A stretch of DNA of 64,000 nt from Candidatus Poribacteria bacterium (GCA_965215015.1 OZ244042.1:4896001-4960000); one strand, 5' to 3'. Shown: positions 1-10,187, counted from the first letter of the stretch. A program made the numbers and translations. The notes: generated by a model not told the origin, from the sequence alone.

Positions 1-347
1 CTATACCCCGAAGGCGTTTGACTTACACGCAGCGTTAATCATGAGAACACTGCCTTACCTTACTTTTTTAGGCACAGGCGGGTCATAGAAGGGGTATTCA
101 AGGCCTTCCCACGTAGATTCACCTGTTCGGAGATAACGAGGCTTGCATCAGTTCAACTTTCGTTTCACCCTGTCACTCTAACCCAACGTTCCCATTTCAA
201 GGGTCTACCTTCCCTTTGAGGGATGCGCTGTTTCCCACTGCTTCCCACCCCGCCGTTTCCAGCGACGCAGTTGTGGTAAGGTTTATAGTGGTAAGTTCAC
301 CAAGCTGGAATTGAACCCGCATTGCACATTGTTACACAAGATCGCAC
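1..347 (-). mobile_element. Group II intron (IIB-like), 5' end/domain I; continues beyond the window's left edge
   Basis: Minus strand begins GTGCGATC at 347. IIB-like domain I motifs are present (GCGGGTTCAATTCCAGC; TGCGTCGCTGGAAACGGCGG...GAAGCA; AGCCTCGTT). Stem-loop at 29-53 displays CATGATT, complementary to the exon end AATCATG (EBS1/IBS1). TATCTCC at 129-135 is complementary to exon GGAGATA (EBS2/IBS2). Confidence 0.85.
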
Positions 348-363
348 CATGATTATCTCCTTA
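348..363 (-). promoter_or_regulatory. RBS plus ATG of the intron-interrupted gene (5' exon)
   Basis: Minus strand reads TAAGGAGATAATCATG directly before the intron's GTGCG. Confidence 0.75.
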
Positions 364-536
364 ATAACCAATGATGTTAGTTTACAACTGTTGATATGCT
401 CTCCGGTCAAAGACCGAGTGTGAAACGTGAAAACCATTTGTTCATCGGTTCACTCGTACATTAATGAACCTTTGAACTCAATATCCTCACTAACTCGCAC
501 CAAAGATTCAATAGTGCTATTTCAGTCGGAATGGGA

Positions 537-1259
537 TTAGTGCTTTCCGGTTAACGGAACAAAACGGACCGGCATCAACTGCCTCGTCATAATTGAACCC
601 GCTTCTGTTTTTTCTACAAGTGTCAAGTTCTGCAACTGGAAACGGCCACCAACCGGAATACACAATTTCCCACCCGGTTTCAGTTGACGTATTAACAGTG
701 GTGGAATATGATCCGGTGCAGCGGTGACGATAATCGCGTCATAAGGTGCATGTTCCTCCCAACCGAAGTAACCATCGCCGATTTTCACCGTCACGTTTTT
801 ATAGTCGAGCCGCTTCAGCCGCTTCTCGGCACTTTCGCCAAGTTCCTTGATAATTTCAATCGTATAGACATGATCGACCAACTCCGCTAAAACCGCCGCT
901 TGATACCCCGAACCGGTGCCCACTTCGAGCACCTTGTACTCTTTTTGAGGGTCAAGCAGTTCCGTCATATACGCAACGATATACGGTTGAGAAATTGTTT
1001 GGTCATACCCAATCGGCAACGGCATATCAATATATGCTTGGGATTTATAACGGTCAGGAACAAATTCATGACGGAGTACACGCCGCATCGCTTCCAAAAC
1101 GGACTCATTCTTAACGCCGATTCGACCATCCGTGATGCCCTTGGCATCAATCTGAGTTTTGACCATCCACTCACGATCGCTGTCGAAATCACCAATGCTA
1201 TGTGGAGGGATAGTGGTTAACAAGAGAAATGTGGTGAGCAGAAAAAAAAACTGTTTCAT
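537..1259 (-). CDS. pcm: Protein-L-isoaspartate(D-aspartate) O-methyltransferase with signal peptide
   Basis: QTISQPYIVA, VLEVGTGSGYQAA and APYDAIIVTAA motifs. Confidence 0.95.
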   Translation of the reverse strand: MKQFFFLLTTFLLLTTIPPHSIGDFDSDREWMVKTQIDAKGITDGRIGVKNESVLEAMRRVLRHEFVPDRYKSQAYIDMPLPIGYDQTISQPYIVAYMTELLDPQKEYKVLEVGTGSGYQAAVLAELVDHVYTIEIIKELGESAEKRLKRLDYKNVTVKIGDGYFGWEEHAPYDAIIVTAAPDHIPPLLIRQLKPGGKLCIPVGGRFQLQNLTLVEKTEAGSIMTRQLMPVRFVPLTGKH

Positions 1260-1295
1260 GATAGCCTCCTTGTTTGTTATAAAGGGTACGCTTTA

Positions 1296-3794
1296 TCAGT
1301 TCCTATCAGAGAAACTAGGGCGTGGGGGACGATCCATTCGGAAATAGACACATCCACCAATGAGATAAATCCCAATCGCCAAAAGAATCACGACGTTAAA
1401 GCCAAGTGCAATCGCCAGACAAGTTGCCAGAATCGCGCTCACGACTGACGCATAACCGTTGATGCTCCACGCCCAAGCTATCAGATGTGGCTGGTGTTTC
1501 TGCAGCCAATCTATACCTAACGAGAAGGGCATTCCCATGAAAAACGCTAAGGGTGCAATCAACCCAATCGATACAGTAATCTTCAGAACATCCGAACTTG
1601 CGAGAAAACGGTGAAAAATTGAGGGCAGTAGTTGCAAGTAAGCGAGCGCGAGGAGCGATAACATGCCGATAGCAAAGACAATCGGCTGTCGGCGCAGCCT
1701 CTTGACCCTCCTCAGTTTCAATGAGAAAAGGCTGCCCAAGCCCGCAAAGAGGAGAAACGCACACAACACAACCGCAACAGCGTACGTCGGATTTGCAAGC
1801 AATAGGAGAAACTTCTGGATGAACGACATCTCGATGAACATAAATCCAACCCCTAAGCTCAGAAAGTAACCGAACACTCGCCAAGTGGTCAAACGCGGGG
1901 TATGATTGGTGGGGAAGGTTGCTGCCCGCTTCAGGAAAAAGAGCGGGAGCAGAATCAAAATCAACCCCGCCAACCCCGCTTGAATCAGCGTTGCAATCAG
2001 AAGTAGATAGCCCCATTCGATAAACGGGATAGCACTTCTGCCAACCGTCCGAACCATCTGAACCAGTGAATCAAAGCGCAGGAATTGAAAGAAATATGGG
2101 CGATTATCAGTCGTGGGGCGGATATCGAAGGGATACCCTTCGTAAAATTGTTCCCGATCGTCAGACAGAATCGCTTGTGCAGCCCAAAAGTAAATCGGCT
2201 CCGCCAGCTGATTGTAACGATTGGCTTCCACCTCCGGCATCTGGGGGTAGTACGCCACATCGAAAGAACGCTCTCGGCAGAAATCCTGAATCGCCGCTCG
2301 GTCAGCAGTGTGGAAGTTTCCTTTTTTTAGCAACAGCGTACCAGTCCGCCAACCACGAATCATCGCCAACTGTTGAGCGGGTACCGCCCCATCAATCTGT
2401 TCTAACGCTTTGACTGTCGTTCCAAATAACCGAATCATGTCCCGCGGCGGAGTTTTCAGCCAACGCGTAATCGAAATAATACCCCCAGGTGTCAGATGTT
2501 GATACAGATCTATGATCGATTCAACTGTATAAAGGTAGCTCTCGCTCAGGGCGTGAGTCCCCGCAGCGGACGCATTGACGGAATCCAACAGTGCAATCTG
2601 AATGAGGTCGTACCGCTTCGTTGTTGCTCTCACAAATCCACGTGCCTCTGCAACGTGGACCTGTACCGGATAGGGTGAATCTGGTGCGTAAATCTGCCCG
2701 GCGAAATCGTTGTGCTGTTCCGCTACTAATTCAAGGACCTGTGGATTTAACTCCACCGCATCAACCGATACCGCGCCGTGATACAGAGCGTTGAGAACAT
2801 CTCCACCGCCACCAGCACCCAAAACCAGCACACGGGGCGGCTCAATCAGGTGATATGCCACTACCGACGTTGTATCCCCAAGATAACCCAACTTTGATAG
2901 GTCACCGCTGAAATCGGTAATCGCTGTCATTGCATCAGCGTCAGTGAATAAGCCTAACTGTGGTTGTACTTCATGCTGCGTATTCAGACTCAACCCCGGC
3001 ACCGCACGGATAAAACTGCTCCGAACCACGTGCAGCACACCGAGAGGACTATGCCGCTCATTCAGAATCTGTGCATCCGGAAAATTCAGTGCACTGCTCA
3101 ACCCTTTGTAGGGTGAAATCCTTATTGATACAGGATTGAACAGAAGATAGCCGATAAACGCAGCCGCAAATCCAGTTATTAGAGCAATACGCCGCCGATG
3201 TCGTACTTTCCAAATTCCCCAGCTGACAATCAGCACCGCACAAAATCCAATCCCTGAGACGAGAGTCAGGTTTTGTGCTGGAGGAATCAGGTACATGGTA
3301 AAAATGACGCCTAACGCCCCGAGACCGGAACCAAAGAGATCAAAAAAGTAGAGTCGATTGACATTGCCCGCGAACTGGAGTAACGCCAAACCGATGCAGG
3401 CTGCACCCCAAAAAAACGGAAACGATAGAATCAGATACAGCACGAAAAGCGACAGCACCTGGCTTGGCTGCCAAACCAGCATCAGTGGGTTGAACGGCAC
3501 ATATTGGTGCAGTATAAAACACCCAACAACACTGATCGAATAGAGCAATCCACAAATTGTGTAGACATTGTGAAAGCGTTGTCCGACTACGTCAGATTTC
3601 GACTGACTCCCCATCAGCCAACGTTGCGTAAGCGAAATCGCTGTCCCGCTGGCACCGAACCCAAGGAGTGCCAAGCTGATAATCATGTGCGCGAAATGGT
3701 GCCATTGCGCTATCGAAAATAAGCGTACCAGCGTAATCTCATAAGCGATGATTGAACCGGCTAGCAGAGCAACGGAGAGGAAATAGGAATTCAT
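1296..3794 (-). CDS. Multi-pass membrane protein with spermidine-synthase-like SAM-dependent domain
   Basis: N- and C-terminal TM bundles; VLVLGAGGGGDV, VDAVELNP, YDLIQIA, PTTDNRPYF, WAWSING. Confidence 0.8.
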   Translation of the reverse strand: MNSYFLSVALLAGSIIAYEITLVRLFSIAQWHHFAHMIISLALLGFGASGTAISLTQRWLMGSQSKSDVVGQRFHNVYTICGLLYSISVVGCFILHQYVPFNPLMLVWQPSQVLSLFVLYLILSFPFFWGAACIGLALLQFAGNVNRLYFFDLFGSGLGALGVIFTMYLIPPAQNLTLVSGIGFCAVLIVSWGIWKVRHRRRIALITGFAAAFIGYLLFNPVSIRISPYKGLSSALNFPDAQILNERHSPLGVLHVVRSSFIRAVPGLSLNTQHEVQPQLGLFTDADAMTAITDFSGDLSKLGYLGDTTSVVAYHLIEPPRVLVLGAGGGGDVLNALYHGAVSVDAVELNPQVLELVAEQHNDFAGQIYAPDSPYPVQVHVAEARGFVRATTKRYDLIQIALLDSVNASAAGTHALSESYLYTVESIIDLYQHLTPGGIISITRWLKTPPRDMIRLFGTTVKALEQIDGAVPAQQLAMIRGWRTGTLLLKKGNFHTADRAAIQDFCRERSFDVAYYPQMPEVEANRYNQLAEPIYFWAAQAILSDDREQFYEGYPFDIRPTTDNRPYFFQFLRFDSLVQMVRTVGRSAIPFIEWGYLLLIATLIQAGLAGLILILLPLFFLKRAATFPTNHTPRLTTWRVFGYFLSLGVGFMFIEMSFIQKFLLLLANPTYAVAVVLCAFLLFAGLGSLFSLKLRRVKRLRRQPIVFAIGMLSLLALAYLQLLPSIFHRFLASSDVLKITVSIGLIAPLAFFMGMPFSLGIDWLQKHQPHLIAWAWSINGYASVVSAILATCLAIALGFNVVILLAIGIYLIGGCVYFRMDRPPRPSFSDRN

Positions 3795-3810
3795 CGTTAC
3801 ATGGACATAC

Positions 3811-4938
3811 CTACGGAATCTCTCGGAGGAGTTGTTTGGTTTTCACCTCAAATCGGGCGCGTGTCGCATGGTGCAGTTGGGGGAACCAGAGATCCGGTGA
3901 AGGTGGGTCGCTTGTCCACTCTGCATCCCCGCTATACAATAGATAGACATCCCAGGCGGTGTCGTTTAGACCGATCACGTCCTTCCAAAGGTTGCCGGTC
4001 GCACTGTTACTATCCCAGAAATGCGTAAATTTTTCGTGAATAAACTCATTGGCGCGCCTCTCTGCCGAAACTCGGTTATCACTATCAAGAATCGGTTGCC
4101 AGATGAGATAAGCCTGCAGCCGCTCAGCCGGAACTCTGTCAAACATCTTTATTATTTCGGAGACCCCCCGACGACATTTCGGTCAGCCAGGGGACAGCAG
4201 GGCCACCACGCGAACATTACCCCTGTCCGATTGGAACTGATGCATCAACTGATCCAAATGAACGAGCTCCGTTACGGGCTGCCGATCACCCCTTAAAACA
4301 TCTCTCTTCTTTTGGGCAGTCTTGCTCATCTGGTTAATCAACGGTTTGCGTTCCGCCTGGTCTAGCGCACCAAGCAGCGTATATTGCCACGCCATCGGAT
4401 CGACGACCTCCATCTGTTGCATGAGCGTTAGCCCATCGAGTGTGCCCCAGCGCTCCGCAACGGTCCCATCGGCAATCCGATAGATGTCGAATCCTGTCAC
4501 TGTTACCTGCTTATCAGTCGGATCAACCTGCATAAAGCTATTCTTATGAGTACCTTGCATCGTGGTACGAGTCACCACCTTATCTCCGTCGACAATCATC
4601 TCTTCAACGGTGAAGCGCAGGTCGGGAAAGGCAAAGCGTAACGCTTTTACCGTCTGTTTGAATCCTTCTATGCCAGATTTACCCCCTGGCCCTATGGGAT
4701 TATGATCAATATATTCGGCGGCAATTAGCGTGTCTATTTGCCCCAGCTTTCCCGTATTAAAGACCTCCTCGTAGATGCGAGAGACGACCGAGTCGGCGCG
4801 AGTGATGGCTCGGTCCGCTGCGGTTCCGGCGGCATGTGCCTCTGCAGCTGGCACGCCAATCAGCGGACAAACTCCAATCAGGAGTGCTCCGACCGTCAAG
4901 AGGTAGGTCAGTTTGGTTACTATTAGCAGTTGTTTCAT
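3811..4938 (-). CDS. Selenoprotein: signal peptide, SnoaL-like ester-cyclase domain and thioredoxin-like UxxC domain (375 aa; Sec at TGA 4183-4185)
   Basis: ORFs 4183-4938 and 3811-4146 are in frame, separated by a single TGA and reading LLSPG-U-PKCRRG. Hairpin TCGGGG-GGT-CTCCGA lies 11 nt after the UGA. Confidence 0.85.
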
Positions 4939-5146
4939 AGTTTAGCTCCTATCTTAATTTTAATATCAGGTTCTCCAATTATACCCATTCGGTGCATAAT
5001 GTCAATAAGAAAATGTAGACTCGACTTTCTTCTTCTTTGAGTCCCGTAGGTCGTGCATCTTGCCCAACCAGACTTATGAACCCATGAACAAATTGTTTTT
5101 ACGTTTCACGCTCTTCGCATACAGTCAATCGCGCGCTAAAATTTCC

Positions 5147-5175
5147 TTGACTTGCCGTTCCACCACCACTATAAT
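5147..5175 (+). promoter_or_regulatory. sigma70-type promoter upstream of the sulfatase
   Basis: TTGACT-17 nt-TATAAT. Confidence 0.65.
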
Positions 5176-5253
5176 CTGCATATCTCTTGCGTGTCATATC
5201 ATCGGATAGGCACGCTTTACGCAATCCACCCATCTCAGACAAGGAGTTGCCGA

Positions 5254-6660
5254 ATGAACACTATTGTCATCTGCTGTGATACGCTTCGAGCAGATGTGGT
5301 AGATCACACTTGGGAAGATTACGTTGATACACCCCACCTCGATCAATTGCGGAAAACCAGCACGGTGTTCAATAATGCTTGGGGAGAAGGCGAGCCAACC
5401 ATCCCGATGCGGCGTGGTTTCTTCACAGGTTTGCGGTCCTACCCGTGGCGTTTCCATATTGATGACCGGGGCTCAGTCCCAAACATATACGGCTGGCACG
5501 CTATCCCTACAGCACAAATCACACTAGCGGAGCACCTGCTACTCAACGGTGTGGCAACGGGGTTGGTTAGCGATGTCTATCATATGTTCAAGCCGACAAT
5601 GAATTTCACACGCGGCTTTATGAGTTACGACTACATTCGTGGACAGGAATCGGACCGAGTGCGGAGCGGCCCCCTTTCCGCCATCAACATGAAACCTTAC
5701 CTGCCCGACGAAATTGCCAATCCGACAGACCGCCCCGGTATAGCACAATACCTGCTAAATATGCAGGATCGACGCGGGGAGGAGGATTACCTTGCCCCGC
5801 GTGTATTTCGCAGTGCGGCGCGGTGGATACAGGACAACCACGAAAATCAACCGTTCTTTCTCTGGATTGATAGCTTCACACCCCACGAATGCTGGGATCC
5901 GCCGATGCACTTTGCTGATCAGTATTTCAAAGCGGATGGCGTCAAGGATTATATCTATCCGCAGATGGTGCAGGATTATAAGGCTTTGACGGACGATGAG
6001 ATTCAACGCACGAAAGCCCTCTACTACGGCTATGTCACATTTGTCGATAAATGGATTGGCTATCTACTGAACGTCCTCACCGACCTGCGCCTGTGGGATG
6101 ATACGGTCATCTGCTTTGTCTCGGATCACGGCACCGAGTTGATGGACCATACCCGGTTCGGAAAGAATCCAGATGCAATGCACCCGTATAACTGTCGGCT
6201 CAATTTCTGGATACACCACCCGAATCCTGCATACCACGGCAAGACGATTGACGCTTTCGTGCAGAATATCGATCTGTTCCCAACACTCCTTTCCATCTTT
6301 GGTCTTGAGGGTGAATCGGTTGATGGCTATAATCTCCTGCCCATCATATCTGACCCACAGAAGGCACCGCGCGATCACGTCATTACTGGTTGGGGATCGA
6401 CCGCTGGGGTGCGCACACCCGAATGGCTCCTCATGCTTGAAACAGTAAACGCGGATGCCAATCCACGTCTATTCCATACAGCCAGTGATCCGAAGGAGAA
6501 GTATAACGTCGCTGCTGGTCACCCTGAAATTGTCAGTCAGTTGCAAGGGAAACTGGAAGATTTAATCGGAGGCTCACTGCCGACTACCTATACCCATCAA
6601 CCAACGATGGAACATAACGCGACGTTTGCTCAGTGGGCGCAAAGTAATCTAGTACGGTGA
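5254..6660 (+). CDS. Sulfatase/alkaline-phosphatase superfamily hydrolase
   Basis: DTLRAD, TIPMRRG at the C/SxPxR position, PFFLWIDSFTPHE, SDHG; AAGGAG RBS before ATG 5254. Confidence 0.85.
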   Translation: MNTIVICCDTLRADVVDHTWEDYVDTPHLDQLRKTSTVFNNAWGEGEPTIPMRRGFFTGLRSYPWRFHIDDRGSVPNIYGWHAIPTAQITLAEHLLLNGVATGLVSDVYHMFKPTMNFTRGFMSYDYIRGQESDRVRSGPLSAINMKPYLPDEIANPTDRPGIAQYLLNMQDRRGEEDYLAPRVFRSAARWIQDNHENQPFFLWIDSFTPHECWDPPMHFADQYFKADGVKDYIYPQMVQDYKALTDDEIQRTKALYYGYVTFVDKWIGYLLNVLTDLRLWDDTVICFVSDHGTELMDHTRFGKNPDAMHPYNCRLNFWIHHPNPAYHGKTIDAFVQNIDLFPTLLSIFGLEGESVDGYNLLPIISDPQKAPRDHVITGWGSTAGVRTPEWLLMLETVNADANPRLFHTASDPKEKYNVAAGHPEIVSQLQGKLEDLIGGSLPTTYTHQPTMEHNATFAQWAQSNLVR

Positions 6661-7367
6661 AACCGATTTCACTCCGATTGTTGGTAGGTCGGGCATCTTG
6701 CCCGCCTCAAAACCCCATTGATGCAATGGGTGTATTAGAGAGTTGATGACTGACAACGCAGCCCCTATGCCTCAGTGCGGTGCTTCGCTTCGCACTGCCG
6801 CCAAGCCTCTTTCCACCTATAGCGGGTGCCGGTCGAGACGGAGAGGCCAGCAAGCTTTGAAGGGGTTGGACGCCCCATTGGATCTGCACCGACGCCACCT
6901 TCGCAATGTCCACTCTCCTAAACCAGTTAGGTAACGTCGCAGCACCCGGGCGGATTTAAGCCGGAGGATAGGTCTGTCCCCATTGGGCAATGGTGCTATA
7001 ACTCCGATACCCAGACATAATCGCAATCACCGAGAGGGCAAGAAGCGTCCCCGGGGGTGCCCTTTCCCTTTTGCATTGCGCGAATCCGGAACTTCTGCTA
7101 AAATAGTTATCAAGTGACATGACTTGAGGGGAACATATTTCACCTCAAAAATTGGAGTCGGTTTTTCAGATGAAGTATAGCAGCTGCCGCGTGAACAGTC
7201 ACGTCGCACTTGTATGAAACACCGCCATATAGACAACATATTGCCCAAAACTAAATGACCCTATGTACTATTTGCACAGAAATATATCAATCCCGATACT
7301 TGTTCTATTTCCGATTGCCAAGAGATAAGGCCAATCTAAAAAGTAGCGTGAAGTGTAGAAAACAATT

Positions 7368-8393
7368 ATGAGGTGTAAAGCCCGAACCCCTTTCATTTTG
7401 CGATGTTTCAGAAACGCTGTTGAAAACAGTCCATACTGCTTAGAACATCAGAATTATCCTCCGATCGGTTGGCGGTATGGCTTACTGACGCTTTCGAGGA
7501 TTGCTACCGGGGTCGCTGGAGTTGCCATTTCGATTATCGGTTTCGCCTGCCTGAGAAACTGTCCGAGCAAAGATTTGAAGGAGAGCGAACAGCAGCTGAA
7601 TGGGCACCCACCATTTGATTACGCCGTGTTGTGTTTAGCGATTTACGAAGCGAAGGAGAAACTTCACATCTCCGCAGAGACGGGTGGAACCACGATTTTT
7701 ATGACGCCAGCAGGGAGTAGCGATGTCTATTTGTCTAAAATAACAGAGCAGGCTGACTGGAGGCAGCTCTCCGCTCCTTCGCGGCGGCATCAACTCCCAG
7801 AGGAGCTAAAGGACGCAACATTTGAGGATGCTAACACAGGTTTTCGGGCGATGTTATACCAGTCAAAGGGCGCGGAGGAAATTGTCGTTGTTTATCAGGG
7901 CGTAAGCAGAACCAATATTATCCGGGACAGCCAGACATGCCTTTCTCAGGGGTTAGGGTTTAGCACAGCAGCGTACCAACAAGCTATGCAACTCGCCAAA
8001 GCGGTGGTGGAAGGGTATGGGGATAAAGTTTTCTTCACAGGTCATTCCATGGGCGGCGGCCTGGCAGCTGCCGCGAGCATAGTAGCAAATCGACCGGCGG
8101 TAACTTTCAACAGCGCAGGGGTGCATCCCGCTACCCTTGAAGAATTTGGCTTAGATAACACAACCATTGACGGAAGACTGAAATCTATTGTGAACTACTA
8201 TGTGCCAGGTGAATGGCTATCTACCCTGCAACGTCCCTGCTTTGTCAAAAGTGCCGCCGGTATACATATTCCATTACCAGATGTCCGAGGTCAAGTGTCT
8301 GTAAATGCAGTACCCGCCAGAAACAAAGGGCGCGGCAAACACTCAATCACGCTGATTATTGCGACGTTGTACCATCTTGCTCAATCCTCGTAA
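7368..8393 (+). CDS. Lipase class 3/DUF2974-like alpha/beta hydrolase with N-terminal TM segment
   Basis: GHSMGGGLAAAA nucleophile elbow, AVTFNSAGV, GFRAMLY. Confidence 0.75.
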   Translation: MRCKARTPFILRCFRNAVENSPYCLEHQNYPPIGWRYGLLTLSRIATGVAGVAISIIGFACLRNCPSKDLKESEQQLNGHPPFDYAVLCLAIYEAKEKLHISAETGGTTIFMTPAGSSDVYLSKITEQADWRQLSAPSRRHQLPEELKDATFEDANTGFRAMLYQSKGAEEIVVVYQGVSRTNIIRDSQTCLSQGLGFSTAAYQQAMQLAKAVVEGYGDKVFFTGHSMGGGLAAAASIVANRPAVTFNSAGVHPATLEEFGLDNTTIDGRLKSIVNYYVPGEWLSTLQRPCFVKSAAGIHIPLPDVRGQVSVNAVPARNKGRGKHSITLIIATLYHLAQSS

Positions 8394-8416
8394 CCTGTGA
8401 AGCAATTGATTTGAAT

Positions 8417-8507
8417 GGCTTATGTTAAGAAAGCGTGCAACAGAAACCAAGCTTTTTAGAAAAACTCGGTTTCTCTTAGCGTTTTGCACTTGCTTTTTCG
8501 ATGGGCT
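8417..8507. mobile_element. Short MITE-like element (relatives at about 19788-19840, 54070-54146, 58584-58672)
   Basis: Imperfect terminal inverted repeats GGCTTATGTTAAGAAAGCGTGCAA / TTGCACTTGCTTTTTCGATGGGC around an internal AGAAACC..TTTT..AAAAACTCGGTTTCT palindrome, repeated in the window. Confidence 0.6.
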
Positions 8508-8562
8508 CTGTAGGTCGGATTTACTAGCCGGACTGCACCAATGAACAAATGGTTTTCACGTT

Positions 8563-10011
8563 TCATTCCCCCGTATTTGCGATGGCGTCTAGATAATCCT
8601 TAACCCGCTGCCGATACCGCACAGGAATTCCATCCCTTTCTATTGCCTCCGCGTAAGCCTGTTTTGCGTTGAGATAGGCTTTACGGCGTTGCATATAAAT
8701 TGGCTCCTCTTCACCGTTTGGAGTCTCTTGGGTTGAGGCTGTGGAGAATTCCTGCGAATCCGATGTCCCCCCCCTCAATTGTAGTGCCTCCGTGGGTTGC
8801 GTTTCTGAACCCATCGCGCCAATCTGTGTCCCCTGCGCCTCTCCCGTTCCAGATTCCTCGCCCGGTCCTCCATCGCTGCCTGCCACCCCTCCCGTTTTAC
8901 GCGCCATTTCGATGCCCGCCAACCCGATATTTTTTCGACTTGCCTTAATCTCCTCCAAAATCCCTTCCATCTGTGCGATGTCTTTTGCCTGCTGGTCAAC
9001 CTCTAACAGTGAACGCGCAATTTTCGCTAGCATCTCAGGACTGACTCCCTCTGTTCCAATCTCGTTCAGTTGGCCCACAAGTTGCCTGGCAGCAGAATTG
9101 CCCTCAAGCCGTTCAGCGAGTTGTTTGAGTAGTGCCTCCAATTCTGCCCGCTGCGCCTCAGTCAATTCTTTCATCTGATCTGCTAGCTTTTGTAGTTCCG
9201 AAGCTATCTCCTCCGCATCTGACCCGCTAAGAAGGTTAGAGTTGTCGCCCAATGTAGAGATAGCTTCGATCGCCTGATCCACCTTATTTTCCACCAGTTG
9301 ATTCTTCTGCGCCTCAACATCCTCACGAAGCTTGCTGAGTTCCTTCTGAGCGGCTGGCACATCGGTACGCTTGTTTCGCAATGTCTTAACGGTCTCCTCA
9401 ACCAGTCTGGAAAGTTCAGTGCTGTCGAGACCGTTAACCGTCTGTTCAAGCCGTGCTGCAGCATCATGAATAGCCGCATGTTCTGAGGCCGTCGGGGGAG
9501 GGAGGATCTCATACATACGGGGGATGAAAAACGAAAGCCCAACGAGCAATATGGGGAGGGGAAGCCATTTGAGCGTAGGCGGGACCGCGTAGGAGACCAT
9601 AGCAGCGGGAAGAATCCCTTGGGACACCCTTGCAGCATCACGAATCTGCAAAATCGCGAAATCCTCTGTGCCTTTCCGACCCATTATTTCAAGGGCAGTG
9701 CCGAGGCGTTCCTTCAGATTGAGGCGTTGATCGACGAGGTATGCCACTGCAAACGCATCTGTTTTCCGTATTAGACTCAAACCCACTGCAATGGCACTCC
9801 CGACGACGATCGGCAGAAAAGCTGCAAATCCAATAGGTATCGGCAACGGAAAAAAACGGTTGGACACAAGCAACAACCCAGCAATGAGAATCCCCCAAAG
9901 GTTAAATATAGCCAGATTCTGGAAGACACCCTCAATCCGTAGTCGGCGTTGGATAGCGGATAGCTTCTTCTGGATAAGCTGTTCGGATTGGTTTTGTATT
10001 CCGTTTTGCAT
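8563..10011 (-). CDS. Membrane-anchored coiled-coil hypothetical protein
   Basis: 482-aa ORF with three TM segments, LKERLGTALE, long coiled coil, Gly-rich linker and IPVRYRQRVKDY tail. Confidence 0.75.
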   Translation of the reverse strand: MQNGIQNQSEQLIQKKLSAIQRRLRIEGVFQNLAIFNLWGILIAGLLLVSNRFFPLPIPIGFAAFLPIVVGSAIAVGLSLIRKTDAFAVAYLVDQRLNLKERLGTALEIMGRKGTEDFAILQIRDAARVSQGILPAAMVSYAVPPTLKWLPLPILLVGLSFFIPRMYEILPPPTASEHAAIHDAAARLEQTVNGLDSTELSRLVEETVKTLRNKRTDVPAAQKELSKLREDVEAQKNQLVENKVDQAIEAISTLGDNSNLLSGSDAEEIASELQKLADQMKELTEAQRAELEALLKQLAERLEGNSAARQLVGQLNEIGTEGVSPEMLAKIARSLLEVDQQAKDIAQMEGILEEIKASRKNIGLAGIEMARKTGGVAGSDGGPGEESGTGEAQGTQIGAMGSETQPTEALQLRGGTSDSQEFSTASTQETPNGEEEPIYMQRRKAYLNAKQAYAEAIERDGIPVRYRQRVKDYLDAIANTGE

Positions 10012-10187
10012 ATTTTATTAGACGAACTAGTCAGCAAAATCGTTCATAAAGAGCTTAGAAATTTTCTAACAACAATTACATGAAAACCAATCGTCTCGGA
10101 TAAACCTATGGAGTAGACACAGCGTCGCAAAAAAACGATAGCTTCGCACCGATTTGTAAAAATATCTTAGCAAAGGATGTATTCAAC

